A stretch of 63,691 nt of DNA from an uncultured Bacilli bacterium (GTDB lineage: Bacteria; Bacillota_I; Bacilli_A; RF39; UBA660), in contig CALVJB010000003.1 of assembly GCA_944332025.1 (NCBI GenBank), positions 1 to 63,691 of the forward strand, written 5' to 3'. The notes beneath the pieces are model-generated. The model saw nothing but the letters and a program-made list of their open reading frames with translations, ran no database searches and was not told the DNA's origin. How positions within the stretch are numbered: position 1 is the stretch's first letter; every line of letters starts with the position of its first letter. Below, in pieces: positions 29,756 through 39,584 of this stretch. The translations under genes were made by a program, and so were the position numbers.

Positions 29756-30817
29756 TTAACTTATCTCGGCTTTTACTTTTTTAACACCTTTTTTAATATC
29801 ATTTTTAAAGAATCTATAACTTGCAGATATTAAAATATATATTGGTAAAGCGATAATTATACCTAAAGGCCCACCTACTGTACCACCAATTGACACCATC
29901 ATAATTGTAATTAATGGATTGACATTATTTGTCTTACCATAGACTCTAGGAGATATGACATAACCATCTAATTGAGGGAATATTAAACAGATAACTAGAG
30001 TTGCAATAAATAGTGTTGGACTAATAACTGATGCAGTTAATAAGGCTAGCAAGTTAGTAATTAGTCCTCCAAAGTAAGGGATAACTGTTGTAAGAGATGC
30101 TAGAACTCCAAATAAGAACCAGTTAGGATGTCCTACTATTAAAAAGACAAGGGAATATTCAAAGAACTGAATAATCATAAAGGTTAAGAGTCCTTTTAAA
30201 TAATTACTTAGTTCTGTATCTAGGGCTTTAACATAACGGAAATACTTATATTTAACTTGTTTTAAAAAATTACCTACTACTTTTCTAATATTATCCATAT
30301 AAGCAAGAAAGTAAATTGATACAACATAACAAATTACTACTTTACCTAAGAATGAAGCAGTTTTACCTACTATATCAATAGAACCATCTTTTAGGAAGTT
30401 CCCTAAACTTTTAATTATATCATTTAAATAACCTTCACTACTATCTGCTATAAAGCTTAAATTGATATTAAATTTATCTCCAACATCCTCTATTACTTTA
30501 CCAAAATTAGTTGCAAACATAACAAGTTGATTATATAGAAGTGGTAGAGTTATAACTAAAAGAGTAATGATGATAGCAGTCACAACTACTACAACAATAG
30601 TAACAGCAAGGCTCTTTCTAACGCCTTTAGATACTAGTTTCCTAACTATAGGATTAAGGGCATAAGAAATAGCAAAGGCAATGATAAAAGGCATACAAAT
30701 ACTAATAATAGATAAAAAGATATTAAACCAAGTACCTATATTAGTAACTATAATATATAAAAGCCCCATAAGAATTAAAAAGTTTAATAATTTATAATTT
30801 ATTCTATTTTTATACAT
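29756..30817 (-). CDS. AI-2E family transporter (PerM-like)
   Basis: 353-aa ORF with about 8 TM segments and the conserved VIPYFGG and ISPRVYG segments. Confidence 0.85.
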   Translation of the reverse strand: MYKNRINYKLLNFLILMGLLYIIVTNIGTWFNIFLSIISICMPFIIAFAISYALNPIVRKLVSKGVRKSLAVTIVVVVVTAIIITLLVITLPLLYNQLVMFATNFGKVIEDVGDKFNINLSFIADSSEGYLNDIIKSLGNFLKDGSIDIVGKTASFLGKVVICYVVSIYFLAYMDNIRKVVGNFLKQVKYKYFRYVKALDTELSNYLKGLLTFMIIQFFEYSLVFLIVGHPNWFLFGVLASLTTVIPYFGGLITNLLALLTASVISPTLFIATLVICLIFPQLDGYVISPRVYGKTNNVNPLITIMMVSIGGTVGGPLGIIIALPIYILISASYRFFKNDIKKGVKKVKAEIS

Positions 30818-30819
30818 AA

Positions 30820-31254
30820 TTATCTCTCCAACATAATTGTAGTAGGTCCCATATTAGTTAAAGTAATAGACATATCAGCACCAAATACTCCACCTTTTGT
30901 AGGAACATATTCACTTAAAACTTTATTAAAGTATTCATACAAGAGTTTAGCTTTCTCTCCGCCCATCGCTTTAATATAACTAGGTCTATTACCTTTAGAG
31001 GTATCAGCATAAAGAGTAAACTGAGAAATTGATAAAATAGAGCCTTTAGTATCTAAAATAGATAAGTTCATCACTCCATTATTATCGGGAAATATTCTAA
31101 GATTTATGATCTTATTAACCATCCAAAGAATCGTATCTTTATTATCAGTATCAGTAAAACCAACAAGAAGCATTAAACCATTATCTATTTCACTAATATT
31201 TTTATCATTAACAACACATTTAGCATTACTACATCTTTGAACTAAAACTCTCAT
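30820..31254 (-). CDS. dtd: D-aminoacyl-tRNA deacylase
   Basis: 144-aa ORF. MRVLVQR N-terminus and the SQFTLYADTSKGNRPS motif. It lies downstream of relA, as in many Bacillota. Confidence 0.92.
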   Translation of the reverse strand: MRVLVQRCSNAKCVVNDKNISEIDNGLMLLVGFTDTDNKDTILWMVNKIINLRIFPDNNGVMNLSILDTKGSILSISQFTLYADTSKGNRPSYIKAMGGEKAKLLYEYFNKVLSEYVPTKGGVFGADMSITLTNMGPTTIMLER

Positions 31255-33413
31255 GATATCAACCTCTCTACACTTGTAATATATGGTAAATTATCTAAAT
31301 CTAGTATTAATTTGTCTAAATGAGCTTTATCTTTTATTACTACTTCCATCTCATAAGTTGCATATTCATCTCTATTTATAGTCTTGATACTAGTAATAGA
31401 AGCATTATCTTTACTAACAGTACTTGTAATATCAATTAATTTATTATCAAGAGTATCTGTTCTAATAAGTAAATCACTATAGTATTTATTAGTAGGTTTA
31501 TCATCCCAACTTACTTTAATACATCTATCATCCATACTAGCAAGATTACGACAAGTACTTCTATGAATAGTTATACCATTACCTCTTGTAATATATCCTA
31601 CTATATCATCACCATGAACTGGTTTACAGCATGATGCTATAGATACTTTTATTTTGTCTATTCCATCAACAATTATGTCAGAAGCATTATCATTTATTTT
31701 GACAATATTTTTAAGTAGTTTAGGCTTCTCTTCTTCACGTTTTTCATAATTTATATTAATAACGTTATTAGGAGTATGTTTACCACTACCTATATCATAG
31801 TATAAGTCATCAAGATTATCTATTTTTAAGTTTTTATAGACTTCTTTAATCTTATCATCACTATAAAACTCTACAAGTGGTATTTTTCTTTTTCTTAACT
31901 CTTTTTCTAAGAACTCTTTACCTCGTTCTACTAAGACTTCTTTTTCATTCTTACTAAAGTAACTCTTAATCTTATTACGAGCTCCTGTAGTTTTAACGAT
32001 ATTTAACCATTCTTTAGATGGATGGGCACTTTTATTAGTATTTATTTTAACGATATCATTACTCTTTAATTCATAATCCAAAGGAACAATATTACCGTTA
32101 ACAAAGGCTCCAACTGTAGTCTCTCCTACTTTACTATGAACTTTATAGGCAAAGTCAAGTGGTGTCGCACCACGAGGTAGTTCAATAACATCGCCTTTAG
32201 GGGTAAAGACATAGATATTATTATTTAAAACTTCATCTTTAACAGAACTAACAAACTCTTCACTACTCATCTTATCATTTTCAAGTTCCATTATCTCTTT
32301 AAAGAATTGTAGTTTTTGAGTTGTAATAGACTGTAAATTAGCAGTTTTATTACTACCACCATTTTCTTTATAAGCCCAGTGAGAGGCAATACCGTTTTCT
32401 GCTATTTCATCCATTTCATAAGTTCTAATTTGAATTTCAAATAAATATCCATCGATACCAAAAACTGTTGTATGAAGTGACTGATACATATTAGGTTTAG
32501 GCATAGCGATATAGTCTTTAAAACGTTTAGGTAGTGGTCTAAACTTAGAATGAATTAAACCAAGAGCAAGATAACAGTCTTGTTCTGTATCTACTAAAAC
32601 ACGAAGAGCAAGTAAGTCGTAGATATCACTAAATTTCTTACCCTTATCTAATTTATTATAGATACTATAAATACTCTTAGCACGACCTTTTATCTGATGA
32701 GGTATATGATGAAGATTTAATAGTTCTGTTACTTCTTCTTGCATCTCATAAACAGTAGTATCGCGTTCTGCTTTTGTCTTATTAAGTTTATCTGCTATAT
32801 CATAGAATACAGTTGGTTTTAAGTAACGAAGCGATAAGTCCTCAAGTTCACTTTTGATTTTATGGATTCCAAGATGGTGGGCAAGAGGAGCGAATATTTC
32901 AAGAACTTCTTTAGATTTCTTCTTTTGTTTTTCAACTGGTGTTGCCCATAATGTTCTCATATTATGAAGACGATCAGCAAGTTTTACAATAATAACTCTA
33001 ACATCTTCACTCATTCCAACAATTATCTTTTTATAGTATTCTACTAAGTACTCATTATCAGTAGAAAAGTGAAGTCTACCTAACTTAGTAACTCCATCTA
33101 CTAATTTATAGACAGTAAGACCAAACTTTTCTTTAAACTCTTCTACATCAACATCACAGTCTTCTATAACATCATGAAGAAGGGCTGCTACTAAACACTC
33201 ACTATCAGAATAAATTGAAGTTAGAATCATCGCAACATTAAGGGGATGAATTATATATTCCTCCCCACTCTTACGATACTGTCCTGCATGTTTTTCTTTG
33301 GCATAGTAATAAGCATCAAGTATCTTTTCTCTTTCTTTAGGGTCTTTTATATAAGAATCTACTTTTTCCATTAAGTCATCTATTGTGATAGTATCTTTTT
33401 TCACGTCTTTCAC
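31251..33413 (-). CDS. relA: bifunctional (p)ppGpp synthetase/hydrolase
   Basis: 720-aa ORF with an HD domain (HDVIED), a synthetase domain (YQSLHT, IQIRT), and TGS and ACT domains. Confidence 0.93.
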   Translation of the reverse strand: MKDVKKDTITIDDLMEKVDSYIKDPKEREKILDAYYYAKEKHAGQYRKSGEEYIIHPLNVAMILTSIYSDSECLVAALLHDVIEDCDVDVEEFKEKFGLTVYKLVDGVTKLGRLHFSTDNEYLVEYYKKIIVGMSEDVRVIIVKLADRLHNMRTLWATPVEKQKKKSKEVLEIFAPLAHHLGIHKIKSELEDLSLRYLKPTVFYDIADKLNKTKAERDTTVYEMQEEVTELLNLHHIPHQIKGRAKSIYSIYNKLDKGKKFSDIYDLLALRVLVDTEQDCYLALGLIHSKFRPLPKRFKDYIAMPKPNMYQSLHTTVFGIDGYLFEIQIRTYEMDEIAENGIASHWAYKENGGSNKTANLQSITTQKLQFFKEIMELENDKMSSEEFVSSVKDEVLNNNIYVFTPKGDVIELPRGATPLDFAYKVHSKVGETTVGAFVNGNIVPLDYELKSNDIVKINTNKSAHPSKEWLNIVKTTGARNKIKSYFSKNEKEVLVERGKEFLEKELRKRKIPLVEFYSDDKIKEVYKNLKIDNLDDLYYDIGSGKHTPNNVININYEKREEEKPKLLKNIVKINDNASDIIVDGIDKIKVSIASCCKPVHGDDIVGYITRGNGITIHRSTCRNLASMDDRCIKVSWDDKPTNKYYSDLLIRTDTLDNKLIDITSTVSKDNASITSIKTINRDEYATYEMEVVIKDKAHLDKLILDLDNLPYITSVERLIS

Positions 33414-33427
33414 CCCTTTATTTACTT

Positions 33428-35716
33428 CTAATCATTTATACCTTTAATAGTCTTCTCACTCACTTCTTTAACTATCTTTTCCTTTTTATTATTATTTTTT
33501 CTTTTACTTGCAAAGAATACATAAAGCCATCCTGCAAGTAATAATGATGAATAAGTACCAGCGATTAATCCTACTATCATAGCAACATTAAAGGTTAATA
33601 TTTCTCTACTTCCCATAATTAGTAAGGCAAGTACTGGAAGTAAGGTTGTTAATGATGTATAAATACTTCTTGACATTGTATCTTTAATACTTATATTAAC
33701 AACTTCTTTAAGTTCATATTTACTTAGATTATCTTTATCTTTTTTCTTTAGATTTTCTCTTACTCTATCAAAGACAACAATTGTATTATTAATTGAATAA
33801 CCAATAATTGCAAGTACTGCTGCTATAAACATAGAATTTACTTCTACTCTAAGAAGAATAACACTTGCAACCATCATTAAGGCATCATGTACTAAACAGA
33901 TAACTGATGAAATACCATAACTAAATTTAAATCTAAGAGTAATATAAAAGATAATTCCTATTAAAGAGATAACTATTGAGAAAATAGCATTCTTAATTAA
34001 GTCTTGTTTAACAACATTAGATACAACACCAATATCAACACTAGCATTATATTTTTCAAGGAAGTAACTCTCTACTTCGTTAATTTCATTTTCTTTTAAC
34101 TCATCACTTACTCTAATATCAGTCTCACTACTAGTAATATCTATACTTACTTCATCAAGTTTTAACTCTTTTAAGTCACTTCTTAGGTCTTTTTCGCTTA
34201 CTTCTGTTGTAGCAAGGGTTATATCACTACCTGCTTGAAAGTCAATACCAAGATTCATTCCTTTAAAAGCAAACATAACTACTGATGATAGTATTACTAC
34301 CAAGCTAAAGACAGCAAAGAATTTACTAAGACCTAGATAGTTATATGTAGGTTTCTTTTCTTCTTTATTTATAGATTCTTCATGAACACCAATAAAGAAA
34401 TTTAATTTATTATCAAAGTATTTAGTTTTAACAAACATTTTCATTAAAACTCTAGTAATAAATACCATTGTAATCATTGTGACGATGATATTAATGATTA
34501 ACATTGTTGCAAATCCTTTTACACTAGATTCTCCAAAATAGAACATTATAATTGCAACTAATAGAGTTGTAAGGTTAGCATCAAGAATTGTTCCAAAACT
34601 TGCTTTACTACCATTTTTAAAGGCTGTCTCTAGACTTCTTCCTTTAAGTAGTTCTTCTTTAATACGAGAATAAGTTAAGACATTAGCATCAACTGCCATA
34701 CCTATACCAAGTATTAATGCGGCAATACCAGGAAGAGTTAGTACACCACCTATTAGCCAGAATGCTGCAAATACAAATAATGTATATAAAAGTATAGATA
34801 CAGCAGAAATAATACCTGCAAAGTTATAAATACCAATTAATAAAATGATAATTGCAAGTATACCAGCAATACCAGCATACATTGTCATAGTAAGTGTTGC
34901 ATCTCCAAAGCTAGCCCCAACAGTTTTACTAGATATTTCCGTTAACTTAGCAGGAAGACTGCCTGAATTAATTAAATCAACTAAATTACTAGCTTCTTCT
35001 TCTGTAAAGTTACCTTGAATTATAACATCACTAGCAAATCCTTCACTAACAGTTGCAGAACTTATACAATTACTTTCACTTGTACCACACATACTTCCTT
35101 CACTAGCATAAGAATCAGTCATTTCATTATAATCTAACCAAATAACTATTACGTTATTTTCATAATCTTTAACAGCATTAGTTACTTTATAGAAAGTATC
35201 TTTATCTTTAACTTTCAAACTAACAGCAGGTCTACCATTTTGATCTGTAGTAAGTCTAGCACCTCCTGCATCTAAGACATCACTAGTCATAAGTAGATTA
35301 TCTTCACTATCTCTAAAAGTTAATGTTGCAACAGTAGATAGAGTCTCTCTTGCTTCTTCTTTATTAGTAACACCTGCAAGCTTAACACGTATCTTATCAT
35401 TACCTTCTAAAGTAATTTCAGGTTCACTAACGCCTAAAGTATCAATACGTTTAAGCATGCTTTTATAAGTAGCATTTAACTTATCTTTAGTCATTTTACT
35501 TCCATCAATAGGACTAACTTCATAAAGTATTTCAAATCCACCTTGTAAATCAAGCCCAAAGTTAAGTGATTTAAATAATGGTACTATTAAAAGACAAACA
35601 ATAATTGCAATTATAATAAGTAAACCATTTCTAAGTAGCATACCTTTCTTTTCTTTAGCCATATGAGCTCTTTCTTTTTTTATCTTTTTTTCTTTAACTT
35701 TCTCTTTTCTTTTCAT
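33428..35716 (-). CDS. secDF: protein translocase subunit SecDF (fused)
   Basis: 762-aa ORF with 12 TM segments and a large periplasmic loop. Both SecD and SecF halves are recognisable. An alternative start is MAKEKK at 35662. Confidence 0.9.
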   Translation of the reverse strand: MKRKEKVKEKKIKKERAHMAKEKKGMLLRNGLLIIIAIIVCLLIVPLFKSLNFGLDLQGGFEILYEVSPIDGSKMTKDKLNATYKSMLKRIDTLGVSEPEITLEGNDKIRVKLAGVTNKEEARETLSTVATLTFRDSEDNLLMTSDVLDAGGARLTTDQNGRPAVSLKVKDKDTFYKVTNAVKDYENNVIVIWLDYNEMTDSYASEGSMCGTSESNCISSATVSEGFASDVIIQGNFTEEEASNLVDLINSGSLPAKLTEISSKTVGASFGDATLTMTMYAGIAGILAIIILLIGIYNFAGIISAVSILLYTLFVFAAFWLIGGVLTLPGIAALILGIGMAVDANVLTYSRIKEELLKGRSLETAFKNGSKASFGTILDANLTTLLVAIIMFYFGESSVKGFATMLIINIIVTMITMVFITRVLMKMFVKTKYFDNKLNFFIGVHEESINKEEKKPTYNYLGLSKFFAVFSLVVILSSVVMFAFKGMNLGIDFQAGSDITLATTEVSEKDLRSDLKELKLDEVSIDITSSETDIRVSDELKENEINEVESYFLEKYNASVDIGVVSNVVKQDLIKNAIFSIVISLIGIIFYITLRFKFSYGISSVICLVHDALMMVASVILLRVEVNSMFIAAVLAIIGYSINNTIVVFDRVRENLKKKDKDNLSKYELKEVVNISIKDTMSRSIYTSLTTLLPVLALLIMGSREILTFNVAMIVGLIAGTYSSLLLAGWLYVFFASKRKNNNKKEKIVKEVSEKTIKGIND

Positions 35717-35739
35717 GTTACACCTCCGGTTATACTCCT

Positions 35740-36006
35740 TTATATGATTTCTATTTTTTCTCTTTTGGTAAGCGTTTCTTTAAGATATTTATCTAATAGT
35801 TTATTATCACAGTTTAAGATATCACTAACAATATCACTAAGTTCTAAATTATGAGCTTTAGTCCATTTGGTTAGTATTAGATAGTTCCACACATCATTCT
35901 TATGAATATGACGATATCCTAGTCTATCCAATTCGCTTTTCTTAGCATCTAATGCCGGTTCTATCATTTGATATAATTCTTCTTTACTATTAAAGGTAAA
36001 ATCCAT
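35740..36006 (-). CDS. comN: post-transcriptional regulator (ComN/YrzD-like)
   Basis: 88-aa ORF directly upstream of secDF, as in Bacillus. It has a GY..I...DVWNYL...W motif. Confidence 0.65.
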   Translation of the reverse strand: MDFTFNSKEELYQMIEPALDAKKSELDRLGYRHIHKNDVWNYLILTKWTKAHNLELSDIVSDILNCDNKLLDKYLKETLTKREKIEII

Positions 36007-36261
36007 AAGAAAATCACCAACTTTCCTACCAAACTAATAATATTATAGCATTTAAATGTCAAAAAGAAAGAAAAAACTCTAAAAAAGTCATAAATATTAG
36101 AACATATCTTAATATCTATGACTTTTGTTTATAATATTAAATTATTTTAATATAGGGATAGCCCAAGAACTTTGTTCTAAGTCCATGAACATCTATATTA
36201 TATATTTAGGACAAAGCCCTGGGAATTAAACTTGTTTCCATTCAAAACTTCCTCTATCTTA

Positions 36262-37748
36262 TAACCGGACAGTTTTTGAAATGATATAAAAATGGCCTAG
36301 AGATTATCTAAGTCATTTTGTCTATTAAAATTGAAATAAACAACCTTTTTTGATATTCTTAATATATCCAATAAAAGAATAGAGGTTGTTTATGAATAAA
36401 GTATATAATACTAGGGGAAGAAATCGCAGGTGAAATGAAAGATTTTTTATTAAAAAGTAATCCTAATATCAGAAAAACAAGGGCTTAAAATTATTCCTTT
36501 TATATCTTTAGGTATGATTTTATCTGAATCTTCTGTTGCAAGTGGCATTGCCAAAACTCTTAAAGATGAGTTCTCTTTAGTTCAACATGAATCTGTTATT
36601 AGAAGAATTAAAAGATTATTTAAAAATAAATTATTTGACCCTTATAAATTCTATGATGATGTTATTAGATATGTCATTTCTAACTATAAGCCTAAACACG
36701 ATGATAAAAGAATTCATATAGTCTTTGATCACATGTTTTCTCATAATAATTATACTGTTTTTATGATTACTATGAGAGTTGGTAAACAAGGTATTCCTTT
36801 ATGGTTTAGATGTTTTAAAGATAATGATGACTCTGATGCTTTTGCCGAAGAACTTCTTAAAGAAGGTATTTCTTATGTTTCTTCTTTATTTGATTCTTCT
36901 TATAAACTAATATTTCTTGCTGATAGATGGTTTAATTCTACTTCTTTAATGCAACATATTGACTCTTTAGGTCATACTTATTGTATTAGATTAAAAAGAA
37001 ATATTAAAGTATTTGTCTATGATAAAAAAGAAGGACATAAAGTTTGGAAATTTTTAGATGAAATAGAACCTTACAAATATCACTCTAAATCTTTTAATGA
37101 TATCCTACTTACTGATAACTCTTATAAAACTAATATTGTTATAAGTAAAACGGATGGTGTTAGTGAACCCTGGATTATTGTTACTAATGGTTCTACTAAA
37201 AGAGCCATTAAAGATTATGGTTATCGTTTTGGTGCTATTGAATCAGTATTTAAAAATCAAAAATCTAATGGCTTTTATATTGAATCTGTTGTTAAAGCAG
37301 ACTTAGATTATTTTACTTCTATGTATACTCTTGTTTGTTTTTCTACTCTTTATTTAACTATATTAGGGGCAGACTATTCTAAAAATAATAGTTGTTATAA
37401 AACTGTTAAAATTACTACTCATAAATATTTTATAGAAAATGGTATAAGAGTAAAGAAAAGAGTAATGTCTTTATTTAATACAGGACTTACTCTATTTCAT
37501 CTAGCTTTTAATTCCTCGAAATACATTAGGCTCCCCTTTTCCTTTACTCTCTATGATATTTAAAAAACTTAAATAACCAAAGTTCTTTTTGTCGTGGTTT
37601 AATTTATACTAAAAAGTGTAACTTATGATACCAAAAGTTACACTTTTTCTATTTTTATCATCATTGTTACCAACTCATACACTATTGGTCGTACTTTTAT
37701 ATCTATTTTCCCTTTATTTTTCAACACTTTTACTAAAACTGTCCGTTA
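36262..37748 (+). mobile_element. IS4-family-like insertion sequence
   Basis: Terminal inverted repeats taaccggacagtttt (left) and aaaactgtccgtta (right). One DDE transposase gene. I could find no clear target duplication. Confidence 0.7.
36514..37563 (+). CDS. IS4-family DDE transposase (N-terminus frameshifted)
   Basis: 349-aa ORF. D (VFDHMF), D (LADRWF) and a YGYRFGAIESVFKNQK motif close to the YREK signature. A likely original start at 36434 (MKDFLLKSNPNIRKT) lies in another frame, across the run gaaaaaca. Confidence 0.75.
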   Translation: MILSESSVASGIAKTLKDEFSLVQHESVIRRIKRLFKNKLFDPYKFYDDVIRYVISNYKPKHDDKRIHIVFDHMFSHNNYTVFMITMRVGKQGIPLWFRCFKDNDDSDAFAEELLKEGISYVSSLFDSSYKLIFLADRWFNSTSLMQHIDSLGHTYCIRLKRNIKVFVYDKKEGHKVWKFLDEIEPYKYHSKSFNDILLTDNSYKTNIVISKTDGVSEPWIIVTNGSTKRAIKDYGYRFGAIESVFKNQKSNGFYIESVVKADLDYFTSMYTLVCFSTLYLTILGADYSKNNSCYKTVKITTHKYFIENGIRVKKRVMSLFNTGLTLFHLAFNSSKYIRLPFSFTLYDI

Positions 37749-37749
37749 C

Positions 37750-39465
37750 TCAGGAAATTGTATATGGACTACTAGCAGTCCCATCTCCAGACGTAAACCC
37801 GTTTTCAGTGGTCACATTGATAACTGGACGCACGGCGCCGTCGCTAGCTACACCGACGCCATCGAGGTAATCACCCTCATTCCAGACATAAGCAGTACCA
37901 CCATCGAAAAAGGCCGGCGTCATACTCCAATAAGCTAACATAGAGCCATCACTTACTATATTTAAATAACTGTTACTTACTACCATCAAATTTTCTCCTG
38001 CTAATACTAACTCATCTACTGTTATCAATCCTGCTTTTAATCTATAACTTCCTCCATAACTTTCACTTGTACTTGGACATTTCAATGTTGGATTATTTGG
38101 TTTAGCATAACTTGCTAACGCTTGTCCTAATCTATCGAAGCTTGCAAAGATATTTATTCCATCCACACCACTAAATCCATATTCACTTGCCGGTTTATAT
38201 CCACTACTATCACTACAGAACCTGCCTTCTATTATCTTACTATCATATATGGTGTTTCCTAAAGCATTTTTATACCATGTATCTACTTCTTTTTTAATAA
38301 ATGAATCTGTTCCATTATCATAAGTATATCCTGCATATTTTGGATCATTATACTCTAAATTATATGGACTTATTCCTACTGAGTTTGAAGTTGATATATC
38401 CTTATCATCTGGAAACTCTGGATGTGTTACACTTGTCCCATTATATATTAATCTTAAACTTCCATCTCCGTTTACTCTTACTATCTTCCAGTACATTTTA
38501 TCTCCTGCACTAGCAAGTTTTACTCTATTACTTTCACTACAACTACTATTATATTCTTGGCAAGCTTCTAAGCTTTGAAACCAATTACTCCTATAGTTAT
38601 ATACATAATAATCACTTGTATATTCTCCAAATTGAACATTATTATTTGTCACCGCTCCTCGATAATAGTAACTTATACCATCTTCATCTTCACTCGCATA
38701 AACTCCACTTATCGCATATTCTGGATTAGAATCTGACATTCCATCTTCTTCATCATTAGGATCATATTGAACTCCATTACTTGCATAGTTAAACATATTA
38801 GTTTTTTCTTCTTGTAGTTCATTATCTTCTAGTATCTTCTGTGTTGTTAATGGTACATCGCTACCTTTCTCTCCATCTTTACCATTCACATTTATCTGTA
38901 CACTAAACTGTAGATTTCCTCCATCTCCTTGAGGATTATAATCTTCATCTACCCACATTCTTAGTCTATATCTATTACTCTCACTAGAGTTCATACTACT
39001 TGTATATAAACTCATCTCTCCTGATGGTCTTCCTGTATATGTATTTTCACTACTTTCTTCATTATAAGTTTCAGGTGTCATTAACTCTTCTTCACCATCA
39101 TCTGTTAATCTAGTTAGATATAACTTTATATTAGAACCATCTATCTTTCTTTCACTAGTTGTTACATCTTTTGCACTTATCTCATAATTGATATTTACAT
39201 CTCCTACTATATTACTACTTACTGTAAAATCAAAATACTCTCCATCTGTTAGTCTTTTCTTACCAGTTGCATCTGTTGTTGGTAATGCTCCATTTAAACT
39301 AATAGTATTACTACTTTCAGTATAAGTCATAGTAATAGAACCAGTTGTTATAGTATTTGCTCTTTGTCCTTCTCCCATAAATCTAAACGCAGCATATGAC
39401 ACTCCAATTATCGCCAATACCATTACTAACACTACTATTATTATAATTTTTTCTCTTTTCTTCAT
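37750..39465 (-). CDS. secreted surface protein, paralogue of 3029-4879: SipW-type signal, camelysin-like N-domain, and one lectin-like module with a GC-rich 3' block
   Basis: 571-aa ORF with the SD aggagg. N-terminal K-rich and TM segments, then SYAAFRF. The C-terminus reads WSMTP...GAVRPVINV...GDGTASSPYTIS. Confidence 0.85.
   Translation of the reverse strand: MKKREKIIIIVVLVMVLAIIGVSYAAFRFMGEGQRANTITTGSITMTYTESSNTISLNGALPTTDATGKKRLTDGEYFDFTVSSNIVGDVNINYEISAKDVTTSERKIDGSNIKLYLTRLTDDGEEELMTPETYNEESSENTYTGRPSGEMSLYTSSMNSSESNRYRLRMWVDEDYNPQGDGGNLQFSVQINVNGKDGEKGSDVPLTTQKILEDNELQEEKTNMFNYASNGVQYDPNDEEDGMSDSNPEYAISGVYASEDEDGISYYYRGAVTNNNVQFGEYTSDYYVYNYRSNWFQSLEACQEYNSSCSESNRVKLASAGDKMYWKIVRVNGDGSLRLIYNGTSVTHPEFPDDKDISTSNSVGISPYNLEYNDPKYAGYTYDNGTDSFIKKEVDTWYKNALGNTIYDSKIIEGRFCSDSSGYKPASEYGFSGVDGINIFASFDRLGQALASYAKPNNPTLKCPSTSESYGGSYRLKAGLITVDELVLAGENLMVVSNSYLNIVSDGSMLAYWSMTPAFFDGGTAYVWNEGDYLDGVGVASDGAVRPVINVTTENGFTSGDGTASSPYTIS
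37825..37923 (-). other. GC-rich, adenine-poor candidate variable region
   Basis: 33 codons dominated by NNC/NNG codons (acg ccg gcc ttc ggc gtc gac ggc gcc gtg cgt) within an otherwise AT-rich gene. It occupies the same structural position as the blocks at 3096 and 3729. Confidence 0.55.
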
Positions 39466-39534
39466 TTTTTACTCCTCCTACTTTTTATAGTCTTCCCAAA
39501 TTGCTATCTTCTATACTCTTTTAAATTATCATAG

Positions 39535-39564
39535 AATGTCAAAAATATTGATATTTTTGACATT
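39535..39564. promoter_or_regulatory. 30-bp perfect palindrome upstream of the surface-protein gene (candidate operator)
   Basis: aatgtcaaaaatat-tg-atatttttgacatt: 14-bp arms with a 2-nt spacer, about 70-100 nt upstream of the start at 39465. Confidence 0.5.
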
Positions 39565-39584
39565 ATAAAGAGAATAGAATAATC

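Noticed and set aside
36007-36261. The non-coding stretch between comN and the IS4-like element, with imperfect inverted segments (agcccaagaactttgttc ... ggacaaagccctggg), as a possible template-repeat remnant or small RNA.
   Set aside because: It has no similarity to any of the three variable-region blocks. The pairing is imperfect, and I could define neither a promoter nor a terminator.
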